Assembly: GCA_038496445.1 (NCBI GenBank)
Contig: JALMLS010000626.1
Location: forward strand, 10,675-74,674
From: Trichosphaerium sp. ATCC 40318
Lineage: Eukaryota > Protista > Tubulinea
Reading direction: 5' to 3'
Length of the DNA stretch: 64,000 nucleotides
Part shown: one piece after another, positions 25,801 through 39,286 of the stretch
How the letters are laid out: the number at the start of each line of letters is the position of its first letter
Position numbering within the stretch: the first letter of the stretch is position 1
The notes under the pieces: generated by a model
The model's input: the letters and a program-made list of their open reading frames with translations, nothing else
Told to the model about the DNA's origin: nothing
Databases searched by the model: none
Position numbers and translations under genes: made by a program

Positions 25801-28274
25801 TTCAATATCTTGACATAGCGTAGCCTGAAGTTCAATAATCTTACTTTGCAATTCACTCATCTTTTTACTCAATTCATTAATCTCATTCTCAGTTTTGTTC
25901 AAATCAGAGGACGAACTCTTCAAGTTCAAAAATGTGGACGTCAATGCTTGTGTTTTCTTCATGAATTGTTGCTTCTCTTCATAAATGACTAAAATCTCCT
26001 TGTACGTAGGATGTGATAGAAATTCAGATACAGATTCAGCTGGGAGTGATTGCATAATAGATACAAAGTCGTGTTTGGTCTCAAGGTGAGATACTTGTTG
26101 CTGTATTTCTCTAAGGCGCAGGTACTCATTTTTTAAAATTTGGCCATCTAGAATAACATACTATTAGGATAAACATAATATAATAAAAACAAAGTGTAAC
26201 TGGTTCGAAGTCTTTTTTTTTTCCCTTCAAAAAAGTTTGCAAGTACTAACCGTTTGCAGTAGAATACGAGGTAGAGAAGAGCGTAGTTTTAATATTTCTC
26301 CACATCGCTTTGGCCACTTTAGTTGTACCTTGCTCAAATGGAAAAAATCCTGTAAAAGAAATAAGAAAGAGCATGTGAGAGCAGAGAGATATATACAAAA
26401 AATGAAGTAAAAGTGGCTCCTTGTATTGGTTTGCAGCGCACACACCTCACACGCATGTGCAATTTGATGCTGCTGCTGCAGGAAGCATATTGCTTAATCA
26501 GTAAACGTACCGCTGTGTGACATTTTATCGTCTGCTTCTTTTTTGGCAAAACTAGCAGCTGTACGTGCTCTGCTGTTTTCAAGAGTTTTCTCATATCCAA
26601 CCTTTGCAACAGATGGTGCTGTACACTCTTCAACAAAAAACTGAAAAAGCTGCCATGCAGTCTTTTTCTTAAGGTTTGTGTCAATGAACTTATCTGCCTC
26701 TAAATCGCTTATACGTCTAAGTTCTGATCTTCGATTTTCAATAGAGTCAAGAGTTTTAAGTACACCGCTCAAGTTTCCACCATTTTCTTTCAATATCTTG
26801 TACATTTTCTTTGCTCTTGTTTCTCTGTCAAGCATTTCTTTGTACTCTTCCATATTTTCCGTGAATGTATCAAAAGCAGGTTCTTTATAACTGCTACGAA
26901 TCTAAAAAATTGTGAAAAAAAATTGATTGTATTCAAAAAAAGAAAAATAAAGCACGTACCAATTCAAGTAGTGTTGATCTGAAAAAGCCTTGTTCTACTG
27001 GTTGTGAAGCATAGTTTTTTGGTTTGTTTAAATAATGGGATTCAATAACTTTATCTACCCACTGGTCTAGATACTTGTCATCATTCAATAACTTTTCTGC
27101 TTCAGCTTCAAGCTTTTCATGAATCAATTTTGACAACACAGACTTTCTATTATACAATGAAGCTCCTTCATACATCTTGAGCTTTTTTGTGGCTTTTTCG
27201 ATACCTAAAATAAAATTAAAAATTGAATCTCTAGATAACTAACATTGCAAATGACAACGTTTGTTTAAACTTTCAATACGGAAAAAAAATCCAAAAAAAA
27301 AATAAGATTTAAACAACAAACCTTCTTCCAACTCATTGAGCTTATAACTTTCCGTCATTGAAAGCTTTTGTATGTTCGCTACGATACACGTCAATATAAG
27401 GCAAGCTTAAAAAAGAAAAATGATTTGACGTACGTCGGTCATTATAATCAGGAATTTCGTTTGGGAGGAAATCTACGCTATTAATCTCAGGATCATATGT
27501 TTTGAACCCTTTTAAATGATGCTCCAGCACCGACCTTTCATTAACCTGAAGGAGAAAAAAAAAATCAATACAGTGACATATTTTTTGACTGAAGACAAGG
27601 TTTTCTGCATACTTCTGAACCCAGTGATCTAAAGTCTTGTCTCTTGTTAACAAGCTTTTCGTTTATAGCTTGCCACATCTTATTACGATCGGGAGAAAGA
27701 CCATTCTTGAGTATGACGTAAGAACCAAAAGAAGAAATAATTCGTCTTTTACGCACGATTCTTTGTTTTGAAAGTATTGCGTCTCTTTCAGCGTTTAGCG
27801 AAATGATTTGGTTGGACACTTCTGCAATCTTGGTATTGATTTCATCCTCTACAAGGTTTGTTTGTGCAACCCATGATTCTTTCATAATACTGATGAAGCC
27901 ATTGCTTTTTTCAGAACCAATGCGTTTCACTACCCTTAGCTTAGCGTTTTGTAGCGTAAATTGTTGTAATCGCTACCTTTCCGCAACAATCGCGTCCTAA
28001 CCCTCCATTTACTCGGTGGAAGACCTATGCGAGTGCCAATGTTGAGCGGCACGGCGTATTTGTATGCTTCGATTGGAAACGCATCTAAAACTCGTCAAAA
28101 TTGATACTACAATAATACAACGCACCCTTCGCAGCTGTTTCTGAAAAAAATGTTCTGTTTGGGTTATCACGACTTTTGTTATTGTGGTAGTCGCGCAGCC
28201 TGCTTCCCGCTGACCGAAATACGCGCTAAAGCGTCAGTAAAGTTTTAATGGCCAAAATATCGTACCAAGAACAT
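22826..28274 (-). CDS. Giant (~1,300 aa) coiled-coil/low-complexity protein with mitochondrial-type presequence and C-terminal Pam16/Tim16 J-like domain
   Basis: About 20 exons splice continuously in frame from MFL|RVFRSAGSRLRDY.. to ..MKPNDAMSILGIEPGEEITEELLKK|RYTELYSKNDPEKGGSYYLQSKVFRA|RAALLAKIKKK*. Confidence 0.8.
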
Positions 28275-28401
28275 CCAGTCAGCGTACTTTGTCACCCAGG
28301 TATCACGGCATGAAATACGTGAGATGAACTCAAAATCCGCTTGGCATTCGCTTAAAATATTTGAAAGCAACTTAAGAAAACAAAAAAACCGAACCCCAAC
28401 C

Positions 28402-29031
28402 ATGTCAGAGCCATCATCCAATAAGCCGGCTGTAAAGTCCATTCTCAAAACAAAAAAAGAGAAGCAACCAAAGAAGTACGTAAATTGAGGCTGCCAAAAA
28501 CACCTCCAAGCGTAGCTAGTTACCGATCAAACTTAAATTTTGCCCAAAACATTACATAACGTAACTTACCGTTTTATTGGTTAATTTGCTGTAAAAATCG
28601 CTAACACGCTAGGCCTGGTATAGTTTGGGATGAAGAAAACCTCACAGTAAACGAAGCCAACAAAAGTGCCACAATGAAAATTGATGAACCAGAAACACCA
28701 TACCATTACTTGTCTGAATCTGAAGAAGATGAACTCGAGGAGGATCAAGAAAAAGAACAGGTGCCCAAATTCCACTAGTTTTAGTTATGCCGGCTGACGT
28801 TAACGACCTTAGGGCGAATTGAACGTTGACGCATTGCAAGCAAAGCTCATGGTAGCTGCAGAAGCGCAACAGAAAGGAGAAGAACTTGCTGGTGAGGAAG
28901 CAAACATGAAAAAAGAAGCAGTAAAACGTGATGAATTCGAACGCAAGCGCAAAGCCCATTATCGCTTAGAGCCTGGTGTATTAACAAAAAAAGCAACAAA
29001 AGACAACACCAAGCATAACAAAAACTTGTAG
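28402..29031 (+). CDS. PPP1R2: Protein phosphatase 1 inhibitor-2
   Basis: KSILK (SILK motif), IVWDEENL, KIDEPETPY, FERKRKAHY. Confidence 0.93.
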
Positions 29032-29281
29032 AAATACTCCTTACCACCTCACTACTTCCAATAATGCTGCTGGGTACAAAATGAGTTCAAGAGGCATTCT
29101 TGTTGCACGTGAGTTAACCTTGTAGCCTATACACCAACAAGCGCATTCTATTATACGGCCTTGTTTATCGTAGCTTCGTGTACATAGTTGTAGAAGGCCA
29201 TTCAATAAAAACGAAAACTGTTTTAAGTTATTTGATTTGTATTGACTGTATCTTAGAATTCTGTACAATCGATAAGCAAAT

Positions 29282-30318
29282 ATGACTGAGACCACTGAAG
29301 CATCCTTGAAGGTTCAAATACAACTTTTGTTTAATTTTTGCTTACATTTTATCTAGATACGCCTGTTTAATGGTAAAACGCACTCAGAGACCCTACGGTC
29401 TGATGATACTCTACTTGTACAGTGATTATTATTGTGTAGCTGATTAATTGAATCTAGGTAGTAAAAACACTTGTCGAGAGCCTTATTGGTACTGATGGTA
29501 CAATAATTGCAAATTTGTAAACGAACAAGACGTTAATTTTATCTCTTTTCTTCAGACTTCATGATATCGGTCCCATACCCACGCCGTATATTCGCCAATG
29601 AAGAGTTAGCCACCACAACGTTAAAACAAGCCGGACTAGCACCAAAAGGCATGGTAATCATCCAAAAAGGCGCGCAAGCACACCGCTCTTACAATGACAA
29701 CTATCTAATACCTCAACAGGAATTACCACTGACATAGTGAAAGGAAAAGGAGCTCATATCCCTCCAGGCGTGAAGCACATCCATAGTGAGGTACTAAACG
29801 CCATTTGAAAGATAAAGATAACGCTGTAATTGTTGAAATGTCATTAAAATGGTAAAAAGTATTAATCCACTTTATAGCAAGAGTATAACAAATATAAGAG
29901 CACACCAAATAGATTGATAGTTGTAGATTTCTCTGCTGTATGGTGTGGACCTTGTAAAGCAATTGCGCCAGTATTTGAGTCGCTAGCGAAGGAATACACA
30001 GGGTACTAATACTTTTTTTTTTTGAATGTTTTTTTTTATGTTCTATTCTTTCTCCGACCCACCAGCTTCTTACCTGTTACTATTTAGTGTCACCTTTCTT
30101 CATGTTGATGTTGATCAAAACAAGGGCCTTCCTGACGCGAGTGACGTTAGGTAACTAAACAACAACCTAAAACAATTTGTATAAAATTGAGTTACTAATT
30201 TTTTTTTTGCAAAAGGGGCATTCCTACGTTTAAATTCTTCAAGAATAATTCAATGATTACAACATTTTCTGGCGCAGATGCAAACCGTTTAAAAAATGAA
30301 GTAAAGAGACTTGCGTAG
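29282..30318 (+). CDS. UBX domain-thioredoxin fusion protein
   Basis: SLK|[34 protein letters not shown] (UBX), then [18 protein letters not shown]..|[10 protein letters not shown] (thioredoxin). Confidence 0.85.
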
Positions 30319-30578
30319 ATGTACTAGCTTTGCAGTAAAAAAGCACTAAAACAAACGATTATAAATTGTACTAAAAAATCTGCTATCAGTTTCTCCTTTT
30401 TTTTTTGTAGACACAATGACACGCTACCCGGTAAAAGCATATTCGAACACTTGAGACCACAACACGTGTTACAGCAGTGCGAAAAAATTGTGATAGATTG
30501 GAATAGCAATTATTTTGACCGACACATCAATATTGACCAAAACGCATTTAATAACGTACCTTTGTATCTTTCATCAAT

Positions 30579-31622
30579 ATGCTCTTAAAGCGCTCGATGG
30601 CACGTGTAACGAGTGTAAAGACCATCAAAAAAGCTTCAAGTAGGACTAGAGGCGTGCGTAATATGACTGTGACAGAGTTTAAGGACAAGGTTGTGAAAAT
30701 ACCACCGGGTACGCAAATCGACTGGCCTACAGATCTCGCCAAACCTTCTGGAGACAGAATTAACGCCATAATGCAATATTGGTTTGGCAAAGACGAAACA
30801 GGAGCAGAGCAGCTAAAACAAGGCTTGTGGTTCACAAAAAGTGATAAAGTTGACAAGTACGCGTTATACCAAGTTATATTGATTCAACTACGCGAAAACA
30901 AGCGTTTAAACTACTTTTCGTTTGTTAACCTATCAATGTTTAGAGAAATAACTGAAAACTTCCTGTATGATGTTGTAGAACTGTGCAAAAAGGATTCCAC
31001 GTTCAAATTTGACACACCTAGAACATCTCTAGCACGAGTGCGTATACTAGTTTTTTCAGACACAAAAAGTTACACGTCCATCACTAATGAGGCCATAAGA
31101 TTGTTCTTTTCGATCAGTTCACTAGGAATATATTTAGAGGAGATAGAAAATCATTTTATTTCGATGGTATAGCATTGATTAATGCTAGACACGTACGTTG
31201 TTTGTTCATTGTGCTTTCTTCAAAAACCCAAAAACATAAAAAAATTGACAAGATGATTATTATATCAAGGCCCTCGATAAAAATGCAGATGATAGTGTTC
31301 CACCATTACAAAAATCTTTCTTCTATATGCCCTTTATGCACTCAGAAGATTTGGGTAACCAAGAGCATTGCGTAGAGTTGTTTCAAAAGGTACATACTTT
31401 TTGAGGTTTTTCCCTTTGTTTTTTAACTCAGAGCAGGCTGCAGACAAACACGCAAGTGATGAGGATTTAAGAAAATATTTTATGAACTCTCACTCATTTG
31501 CGGTAAAACATCATGAAATTATAGAAAAATTTAGCCGCTTTCCACACAGGAATGAAATCTTGGGCAGGGAGTCAACACCTGAAGAAATAGAGTTCTTGAA
31601 ACAACCAGGAAGCAGCTTCTGA
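30579..31622 (+). CDS. DUF924 family protein
   Basis: IMQYWFG..LWF, IVLFDQFTRNIFRG, FFYMPFMHSED, HHEIIEKFSRFPHRNEILGRESTPEEIEFL. Confidence 0.92.
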
Positions 31623-31874
31623 GAACAAACAAAATTTTACTTACAAATCATCATAATAAAAAAGAAGAAAATTTTGAGAAAGCAAAGGAAGCATAACAAA
31701 ACATCCAACAATTTTTTTATTTATTGTTACTATTTAGTTAGTCAAACAAGTTTTTAACAACTTGATACTTACCACTAAAGCTGTACATGGCCCAAAACTG
31801 AGAGAGCGTTGGGGTTTTTTCATAAAATGTTAAAAAGAAACTAGGTGCCAACAGTAGTTTCTGTAGGAGGCGTA

Positions 31875-33922
31875 CTATTGTACCATTACAGCTAAAGGAT
31901 AAGTGCCAATTGGTTGGTTTTTTAGTGTAACCAACATTTTATATTGGCCTGGCGAACTAGGCGTAAATACGATTTGATACTGTCCATTACCTAAACAACA
32001 AAAAAGTCAACAAAAAAAAATTAAAAAAACCAAGTATTGGTTGTGTACCCATATTTTGAAAGCGGGTATTGTAATAATTAGCACCAATGGGTGACTCCAT
32101 ATTAACATCAAAACGAGCTACAGCATCTGTCATATTGCCCATCTTGTTTTTGGCAAAAATATTGACAGTAACAGGGTTCTGACTCCTGGCTGCACTAGCA
32201 ACCTCAGCTGTACAACTAGCTGGATCAACACCTACATTAAACATCAACTTTAAACGTAAAAACCCCAAAAAACAATTTAAGTAAGTACCATCAAAGATTT
32301 GAATAGGGAATGTAAAGTGATCCTTAGAATAGATTCTAATCTTAACTTGGTGCTCTCCTTTGTCAACAGGAACAAATTGAATATTGTATAAACCAACACC
32401 AATAGGCTAATGTAAAACAACTTAATTAACGATTGATGAACAATGTTGTAAACAACAAACAAGAAAAAAAACAGAAGAAAAAAATACCTCAATTCCGATG
32501 TCTTGAATGCGTTCACCACCTGGTCTGATGATAGTAGGTGTAATGTCTTGTTTACGACGTAGATTCGTTGCAACTTTTTGAGGATCTTTTACTGTGAGCT
32601 TAATTTCGTAAAGCTCACCGACAGCACCTTACAAAAAGAGTTAGCTTTTTTCAAAATTTTGAAAATTAATAGCAAAAAGTACCTGATGGACTGGCTTGAA
32701 GGTTAAAATCGAGGTCAAGTCTAGGAACAGTCTACAAAAGCATTCAGTTATAATTACCACAGTTATCAACAAACCGTACATCTTCCCAATCTGGACGACT
32801 AACATTTTTTTCGTCGTTCAAGTTAGCGAATCCTTGTCCTACTTTAGCCAATAAATTCTCTAAATCAGCTGCATCTGCATCAGCGCTTCTACAAATTTGA
32901 TAACGTGAGTAATTCATAAATAGGTAATAAGAATAGTATGAGATACCTTGCTGGCTGTTTAATTTTATGAACTGGCTCCTTTGGCATCCTTGCTTCTGGT
33001 TGTGCCTGTATTCAGCATTTAACAAAAAAAACTAGCTCCGAAAGCATGAGATTCTAAATGTACCTTCACTGGTTCCATCAATTGACTCATTAGATCTTCT
33101 AACTCGTCTCCTGCGGTGGCATCCTTACCTTGCTACAATGAATGTTAGCTTAGAAGTGTCTAGCTGTTTCTCGCACTCGCGAAGGAGGCACCATAACAAC
33201 GCTTGCGCGTTGTGGTTGTGGTTGGTGTACTTGTACAATGCTAGCTCTTTGTGCTCCGCCATTGTGTTGGGTATATTGCTGTGGTCCTGGATTGATACTG
33301 TATTGTTGTGCAGCTGGATTATGTTGCGTGAATTGCTGAGGTTGGACTACAGTGTATTGTTGTGCAGCTGGATTATGTTGCGTAAATTGTTGAGGTTGGC
33401 CAGCAGCGTAATGCGATGCTTGTCCTCCACTGTGAGAAAAAAAGCGTTAGCCACTAGCGGAAATTGCTTTTCTTATTGTCTTTTTTGGACAAATTGTGAC
33501 ATACTGCATCGATTGTTGATGTTGAAAGCGCGGAGACTGATTTGCAAGGTCACCCAATAGTTGGTCGTTCAGCTCGCTCTTTTGTTGACCGTGTGAGGCC
33601 AAAACATCGGTACGACGCCGTTCTGTAATGTTTTAGGAGATACAAACCAGCTTACAGGGACTTACCTTCTACAACTTCTCTTGGAGGTCTAGTTCGCTGC
33701 TTTGAGTAGTGTTAGTTGCGTGGAACGTAGGTAAGCAGAGATACAAAACTATACGGCAATTCGAACGTTTAAAAGCTGATCAAAGGTGATCAGAGCAACA
33801 GTAGCTCTAAGAGAACCCAAGATGCGCATTTAACGCAAGCAATCCAAAGTAGTACTTACCACAGGTGCTGCAGGCTCTTCTAGAGCGAGACTAGCAAGAA
33901 GATCATCTAATTCGTCAGTCAT
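31875..33922 (-). CDS. LD-motif, Gln/Pro-rich protein with C-terminal filamin-type Ig repeat(s)
   Basis: MTDELDDLLASL and ADLENLLAKV motifs; C-terminal VDPASCTAE..VNIFAKNKMGN..GNGQYQIVFTPSSPGQYKMLVTL. Confidence 0.75.
33299..33400. repeat. Two-copy ~54 bp coding tandem repeat (QPQQFTQHNPAAQQY units)
   Basis: tgtattgttgtgcagctggattatgttgcgt(g/a)aattg(c/t)tgaggttgg occurs twice. Confidence 0.85.
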
Positions 33923-34065
33923 TGTTACAAATTTAGTTGTTGGGCGAAGTTAAGTTCCGTTTAAAGTACTTTACTCAAAAAAGTCTTTTTTGAATTGAAA
34001 ATAATTTTTATTGGCATTTTTTTCTTCACCACAATATGTGGTCTGTAAGCGAAAACACATTTATT

Positions 34066-37000
34066 CTATTGTAGTGCTTCGAAATTCTTGCGTTGTTTGG
34101 TTGTGTTCTCGAGTTCTTTCGTCAAATCCTCCAGCTAAAACAAACGCCGTTAGTTTTGACTCTTTACTACTAAATGTAACCATTACCTTTTTATTGTCGT
34201 TGTCTTTGACTCTTTGTGGAACTCTGTCGATGTAGTTCTGAGATGATTGCTTCTTCTTGATTCCATCAACTTGCTTTTGAACTTTTTGCAATATCTTATC
34301 AATACGCTTTAGTTCACCTTCAAGGTTAACTAGACCCTTCAAAACAACACAAAGATCGAGATCAGGGTTAGGAACAGTGACAGCAGCACCGGCAGGGACA
34401 GCTGCATCGAGTGCAATAGTAATATCTGCACTGTATGATAGGACTTGGACGATGTCATGGAACTGCTCGTACTTTGTCTTAATTTCCTCAGAATGGCACG
34501 AGATGACAAGTGGTGTCGCTGGTTTACGGAGCTAGTAGTTACAAGTCAATTTTACACTCTGGATTTATGTCAAAAAGGCTACATACCTTTAAGCCGTACT
34601 CAGCTCTCAATGCGCGAACAGCAACAACTGACTCCATGATGTGTTTCATGGATGCTTCGATTTCAGGTTGAGCACGTTCTTTGATGTAAATTGGGTAAGC
34701 AGCAACAGAGATTGAAACGCTCTTCTCGGTGGAACGCTTAGGTAGGCGTTGCCTAGAAAAACGATTAGAAAGACATAATGAGGCCCTAGAAGAGTCGAAA
34801 AAATAGAAATAACTACATACCATAGCTCTTCAGTGACGAAAGGCATGAATGGATGGAACAAGCGCAAGGCTTCTTCCATGCAAGTGTACAACGTTTGCTT
34901 TGTCTCATTTTGTGCTTCAGCATCCTTTGCATCCTTACTGTACATAAGAGGCTTGATTGCTTCGAGGTAGATTCCACAGAACTCGTAAAGCCAGAAGTTG
35001 TATGAAGCAGTTGTAGCTTGAGGGAACTCGTATGACTTCCATCCTTCCCCAGCTTCTTGTGCGGCGTTATTGAGCTTGGACATGATCCACTTGTTGATGA
35101 GAGTGTTGGCAGTTGTAGGTGCACTGTCGCTAGGTTTGAAATCTGCTCCACAAAATTCGAGACCAAGCTTGACAGAATTCCAGATTTTGTTGCAAAAGTT
35201 TCTGTAGGCAACAACACGCTTAATATCAAGGTTGATAGCACGACCTTTAAGTAATAATTAATAACGTGATTGATCTCATAATCAATATTACCTTGGCTAG
35301 TGTATGCACATAAAGCAAAACGAAGAGCGTCTGTACCACACTCGCTGATACCTTTTGGGTAAGATTTTTTTTGACCTTCCTTTGCGATTTTAATTTCTTT
35401 CTCTGGTAGATTACCGTTGTTCAACGTATCGTGCAATCCTTGTAACGTGATACCTTTTTTAATTCAATTAGTGTCAGAACATACGTATTGTCGCTAAGGA
35501 AGCCTAAAAAGTGTACCTTCAATAACGTCGATAGGATCTATAACATTACCAAGACTCTTACTCATTTTACGACCTTGAGCGTCACGAACCATAGCGTGCA
35601 AATAGATTTGCTTAAAAGGCAATTGGCCAGTAAGCTTTTGACCCATCATTACCATTCTAGCGACCCAGAAGAATAAAATATCGTGACCAGTCTCAAGCAA
35701 CTGTGTTGGGTAGAACTCCTGAAGCTTCATGTCAACAACAAAGAACTAAGACTATGTATAATTTTCCGTACCTCCAAATCCTTTGTTTTTTCTGGCCATC
35801 CTAGTGTTGAGAATGGGAATAATCCAGAAGAGAACCATGTGTCCAATACATCAGGATCTTGTTCAAGTTTCAATTTGTCAGTTCCGAATTTCTTGACAGC
35901 TTTAGCTGTAGCTTCTTCAAGCGATCTTCCAGAAACCCAGTTTTCGCCGTTAGTAGCCTATAATAATGCGTTAAGATTGGGTATATATACCAACAATAAA
36001 ACATACGTCAGGGGCATCTTTTCCCTCAACAGTAACTAAATAGGCAGGAATTCTATGTCCCTAATAAAGTCATAAATAAGAATGTTAAAACGAGTCGAGT
36101 GAATAAATACTGTTCCAAGTACGTACCCACCACAATTGTCTTGAAATACACCAATCGCGAATATCACCTAACCAACGGTTCCTAAAATAATTATAAATAA
36201 AACACATCAAGAGAAAAATGGTACCATGTAGCAACGTGGTTTGGAGGCAAAATCTCGAGATCACCGTTTTCAACAGCGTCAACAGCATCCTTAGCCATTT
36301 TCTTACAGTTAACCCACCATTGAGGTTTTAGTAAAGGCTCAATGTAATCACCTGACCTTGAACATTTTTTCAAAATCATCTTATGTGGCTTGACACCTAA
36401 AAAAAATAATCAAAAGTTTTGTTTCATTATCAAAACCAAAAAAACCCACAAAGACACATACCTTTGTAAAGACCAAGCTCGTCAAGAGCCTTTATAACAG
36501 CCTTACGTGCTTCCAATCTAGGCATACCAGAGAATTGGGCGCAAAGCTCGTTGAGGGTACCATCATCGTTTAGGATGTTCAAATCGCATTTTAAACCATT
36601 ACGTTTACCACAAGAGAAATCGTTGAAATCGTGAGCAGGTGTAATCTTAACAGCACCAGTTCCTTTTGTTTTATCAACAAGGATGCCATCGCCAATAATT
36701 GGCATTTCGTGTCCAGGGAGGAATGGATGGACGAGCGTTTTGCCAATAAGGTGCTTGAATTTATCATCAGGATGAACAGCAACAGCAACATCTCCAAGCA
36801 TGGTTTCTGGGCGTGTTGTAGCAACAACTATTTCTTCGTCTAAAACATAAAACATAAGAATAACTGTTTTTGGAAACGGACAACAATTGCTCTTTGATTT
36901 TGATTCAAAAGGTAATAAAAGAGTGTAACTTGCCTGAGTCTTTTACTTTGTAAGCAAACTCCCAAATAGCACCAACTTGGATTGGATATTTGGTGCCAGG

Positions 37001-38174
37001 GAATGACTTCTTGGTGATTTCTTCAATTGACTCTTCATCGACTTCAACATCAGAGATTGCAGTGTTTAGCGCACAACTCCAGTTGACGAGTCTCAAATCT
37101 CTGTAAATGATACCTTCGTCATGGAATCTAACGAAAGCTTCTTGAACAGCCTTTGATAATTTCTACAGAACCAAGAGTAAGCACAATAAAAAATAAACAT
37201 CGAAACTCGAAAATTATGTTGTTGGTTTTTTTTTGTCACTGCAATGTTTTTGCTGTACAACAACGTACATCGCTCATGGTGAATTCTTCACGGTCCCAAT
37301 CAAGAGACGAACCAAGACGCTTCAACTGCGTGGTAATACGATCACCATACTTTTGTTTCCATTCCCAAACTTTCTTTACAAACTCTTCTCTACCGAGATC
37401 ATGGCGCGTTTTCTTTTCTTCTCTCATGAGCTTCTTTTCAACAACAGTCTACAAAGAAATTATTACTACAGCCTCAAGTGACAGTTGTATTTTTTTTGCC
37501 ATTACCTGCGTTGCAATACCGGCGTGATCAGTACCAGGTACCCAAAGTACACGTCTGCCGCTCATACGGTGCCAGCGACATAGAGCATCTTGTACAGCAT
37601 TGGTAAGCGCATGACCAATGTGGAGCGAGCCAGTGACGTTAGGTGGTGGAATAACCATAACAAATTGTCCAGTTGGTTCTTTTCTAAGCTGCGTAAGCGT
37701 ATTCCAAGGCGAACAGAAAGCGTACATGTATTCTGGTTTGAATACGCCTAGTTTTTGCCACCAATCATACCACGCGGATTCTACTTGAGGTGGGTCGTAC
37801 GTGTCAGGGAAATCAGTCAAATCTAGGACATATTAAACGAGAAAATAATTTTTTTATTTTATTACCTTTTTTCTCTCCTGGTACAGTCTTGTTAATGTAT
37901 TCGCGGCGTAATCGGATAGCATCTTCCTTCTTCTACAAAAAGAAATCACAAACAGAAAAAAAAAAGGTTCGAATCGCACCTTCTTTGTCTTATTAGCAGC
38001 AGCTAGCTTCTTGGCCTCGGCTGCTTTTTTTTTAGCTTCAGCTTTCTTCTTTTTGGCTAATTGTTGTTGCTTTTTGCGTTCTTTACGCTGTTTATCCAAC
38101 TCGAGCTGTTCAGGAGTCTTCTCTGGAGCCTTTTGAGGCTCCCCTTCAGGCTTCTTCTCTTTGGTGTCCGACAT
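34066..38174 (-). CDS. VARS1: Valyl-tRNA synthetase (cytosolic type)
   Basis: [54 protein letters not shown]. Confidence 0.98.
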
Positions 38175-38480
38175 CTGTTTGATTTGAACAAGCTATCAAC
38201 CTCCCAGAGAATTCTGCGTAATTTCCTTGTTGTACACAAATTCTTTCAAAGTCTTCCACTACTGAGATATTGTTTAGAAAGTATTCACTGATGCAATGCC
38301 TAACTGTGACCACTGTCGTTAAGGCTGGAAGTTCAAATTTTACCAAGAAGCTGAGCTGACACTGAGAGTACAACAAAACAGCGGAGTTTACTTTACAAGA
38401 TCAAGTACTTTTTTTTTCTTTTCTGCGTCACGTGAAAACGTTGACCGGGCAAACTCTTGAGAGCAGGTAATAAAGCTTGA

Positions 38481-39140
38481 TCAAAGAAGAGCAGCGCCCA
38501 TACACATAAGAGCACCACATACATAGGTACCAAGTGCCCCCAAAGCACGGCCAATCGGTGGAACTTTTCCTTCCTCTTGTTCTTGACGTATTCGTTAGCT
38601 AAAGACACCAATGTATTTTGTAAGCATTACCTAGGATAGCTTTGACATGAATAAATCTGCAGGTGGTAAATAAAGCAATTACACCACTCAGCCAAGCCTA
38701 ATCAATGTCAGCGAAGTTGCTTTTTTTGTTTGATTTGGGCCTAGAACGGTGAATAAAAGTGTCACGTACTGTTGGTCGTGACTTGGTTTTAATATCTATG
38801 TAGAGCATCTATTGCTTGTCAAGGAGCTTTTGTATAGCGACAAAAAGAACTAGTAAAGACGTGTAATGCGGTTTCACGCCGAAAAGGATACAATTGCCGT
38901 AAAGACACCAGCATACTCAACGAAATTGCCGTGAGCTCTAACTGCTTTAAACACCGGATCTCCTTCTGGCATAGTTTCGTCACTGGTGGCGTGAAAGTTT
39001 TGGTACTGTAAGCTGCATACAAATTTGTAAGGCTTGCAAATTACGCGCTGTACGTACCGTTTTAGAGTACAGTTCAGTCCGAGGCCTACTGTGCCTAAGC
39101 CCAGCAGCGTGGCACAAAATTGCGCAATACTCCATGACAT
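38481..39140 (-). CDS. MAPEG family membrane protein
   Basis: KAVRAHGNFVEY and CRFIH motifs with four hydrophobic segments; contains a U12-type intron. Confidence 0.85.
38809..38891 (-). other. U12-type (minor spliceosome) GT-AG intron
   Basis: 5' site GTATCCTTTT; branch site TCCTTGAC about 9 nt before the 3' end; no pyrimidine tract; removal keeps the frame (FTAI|MLYID). Confidence 0.85.
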
Positions 39141-39286
39141 GTGAGGTTATGGCATCCGTGGAGTTCACTCGCATTAACGGCAAAAAGAAATACGAAGACG
39201 TTTCGTAGCAGGTCTTTTTTTTTTTTTTTTCACAAACAAAAGTTTCAAATAAAGGTCCAATAATAAGTAACTAGCGCAAGAGGCCA

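Noticed and set aside
29041-29295. 84 aa minus-strand ORF between PPP1R2 and the UBX-thioredoxin gene
   Set aside because: Non-ATG start, overlaps the neighbouring start codon and has no motif.
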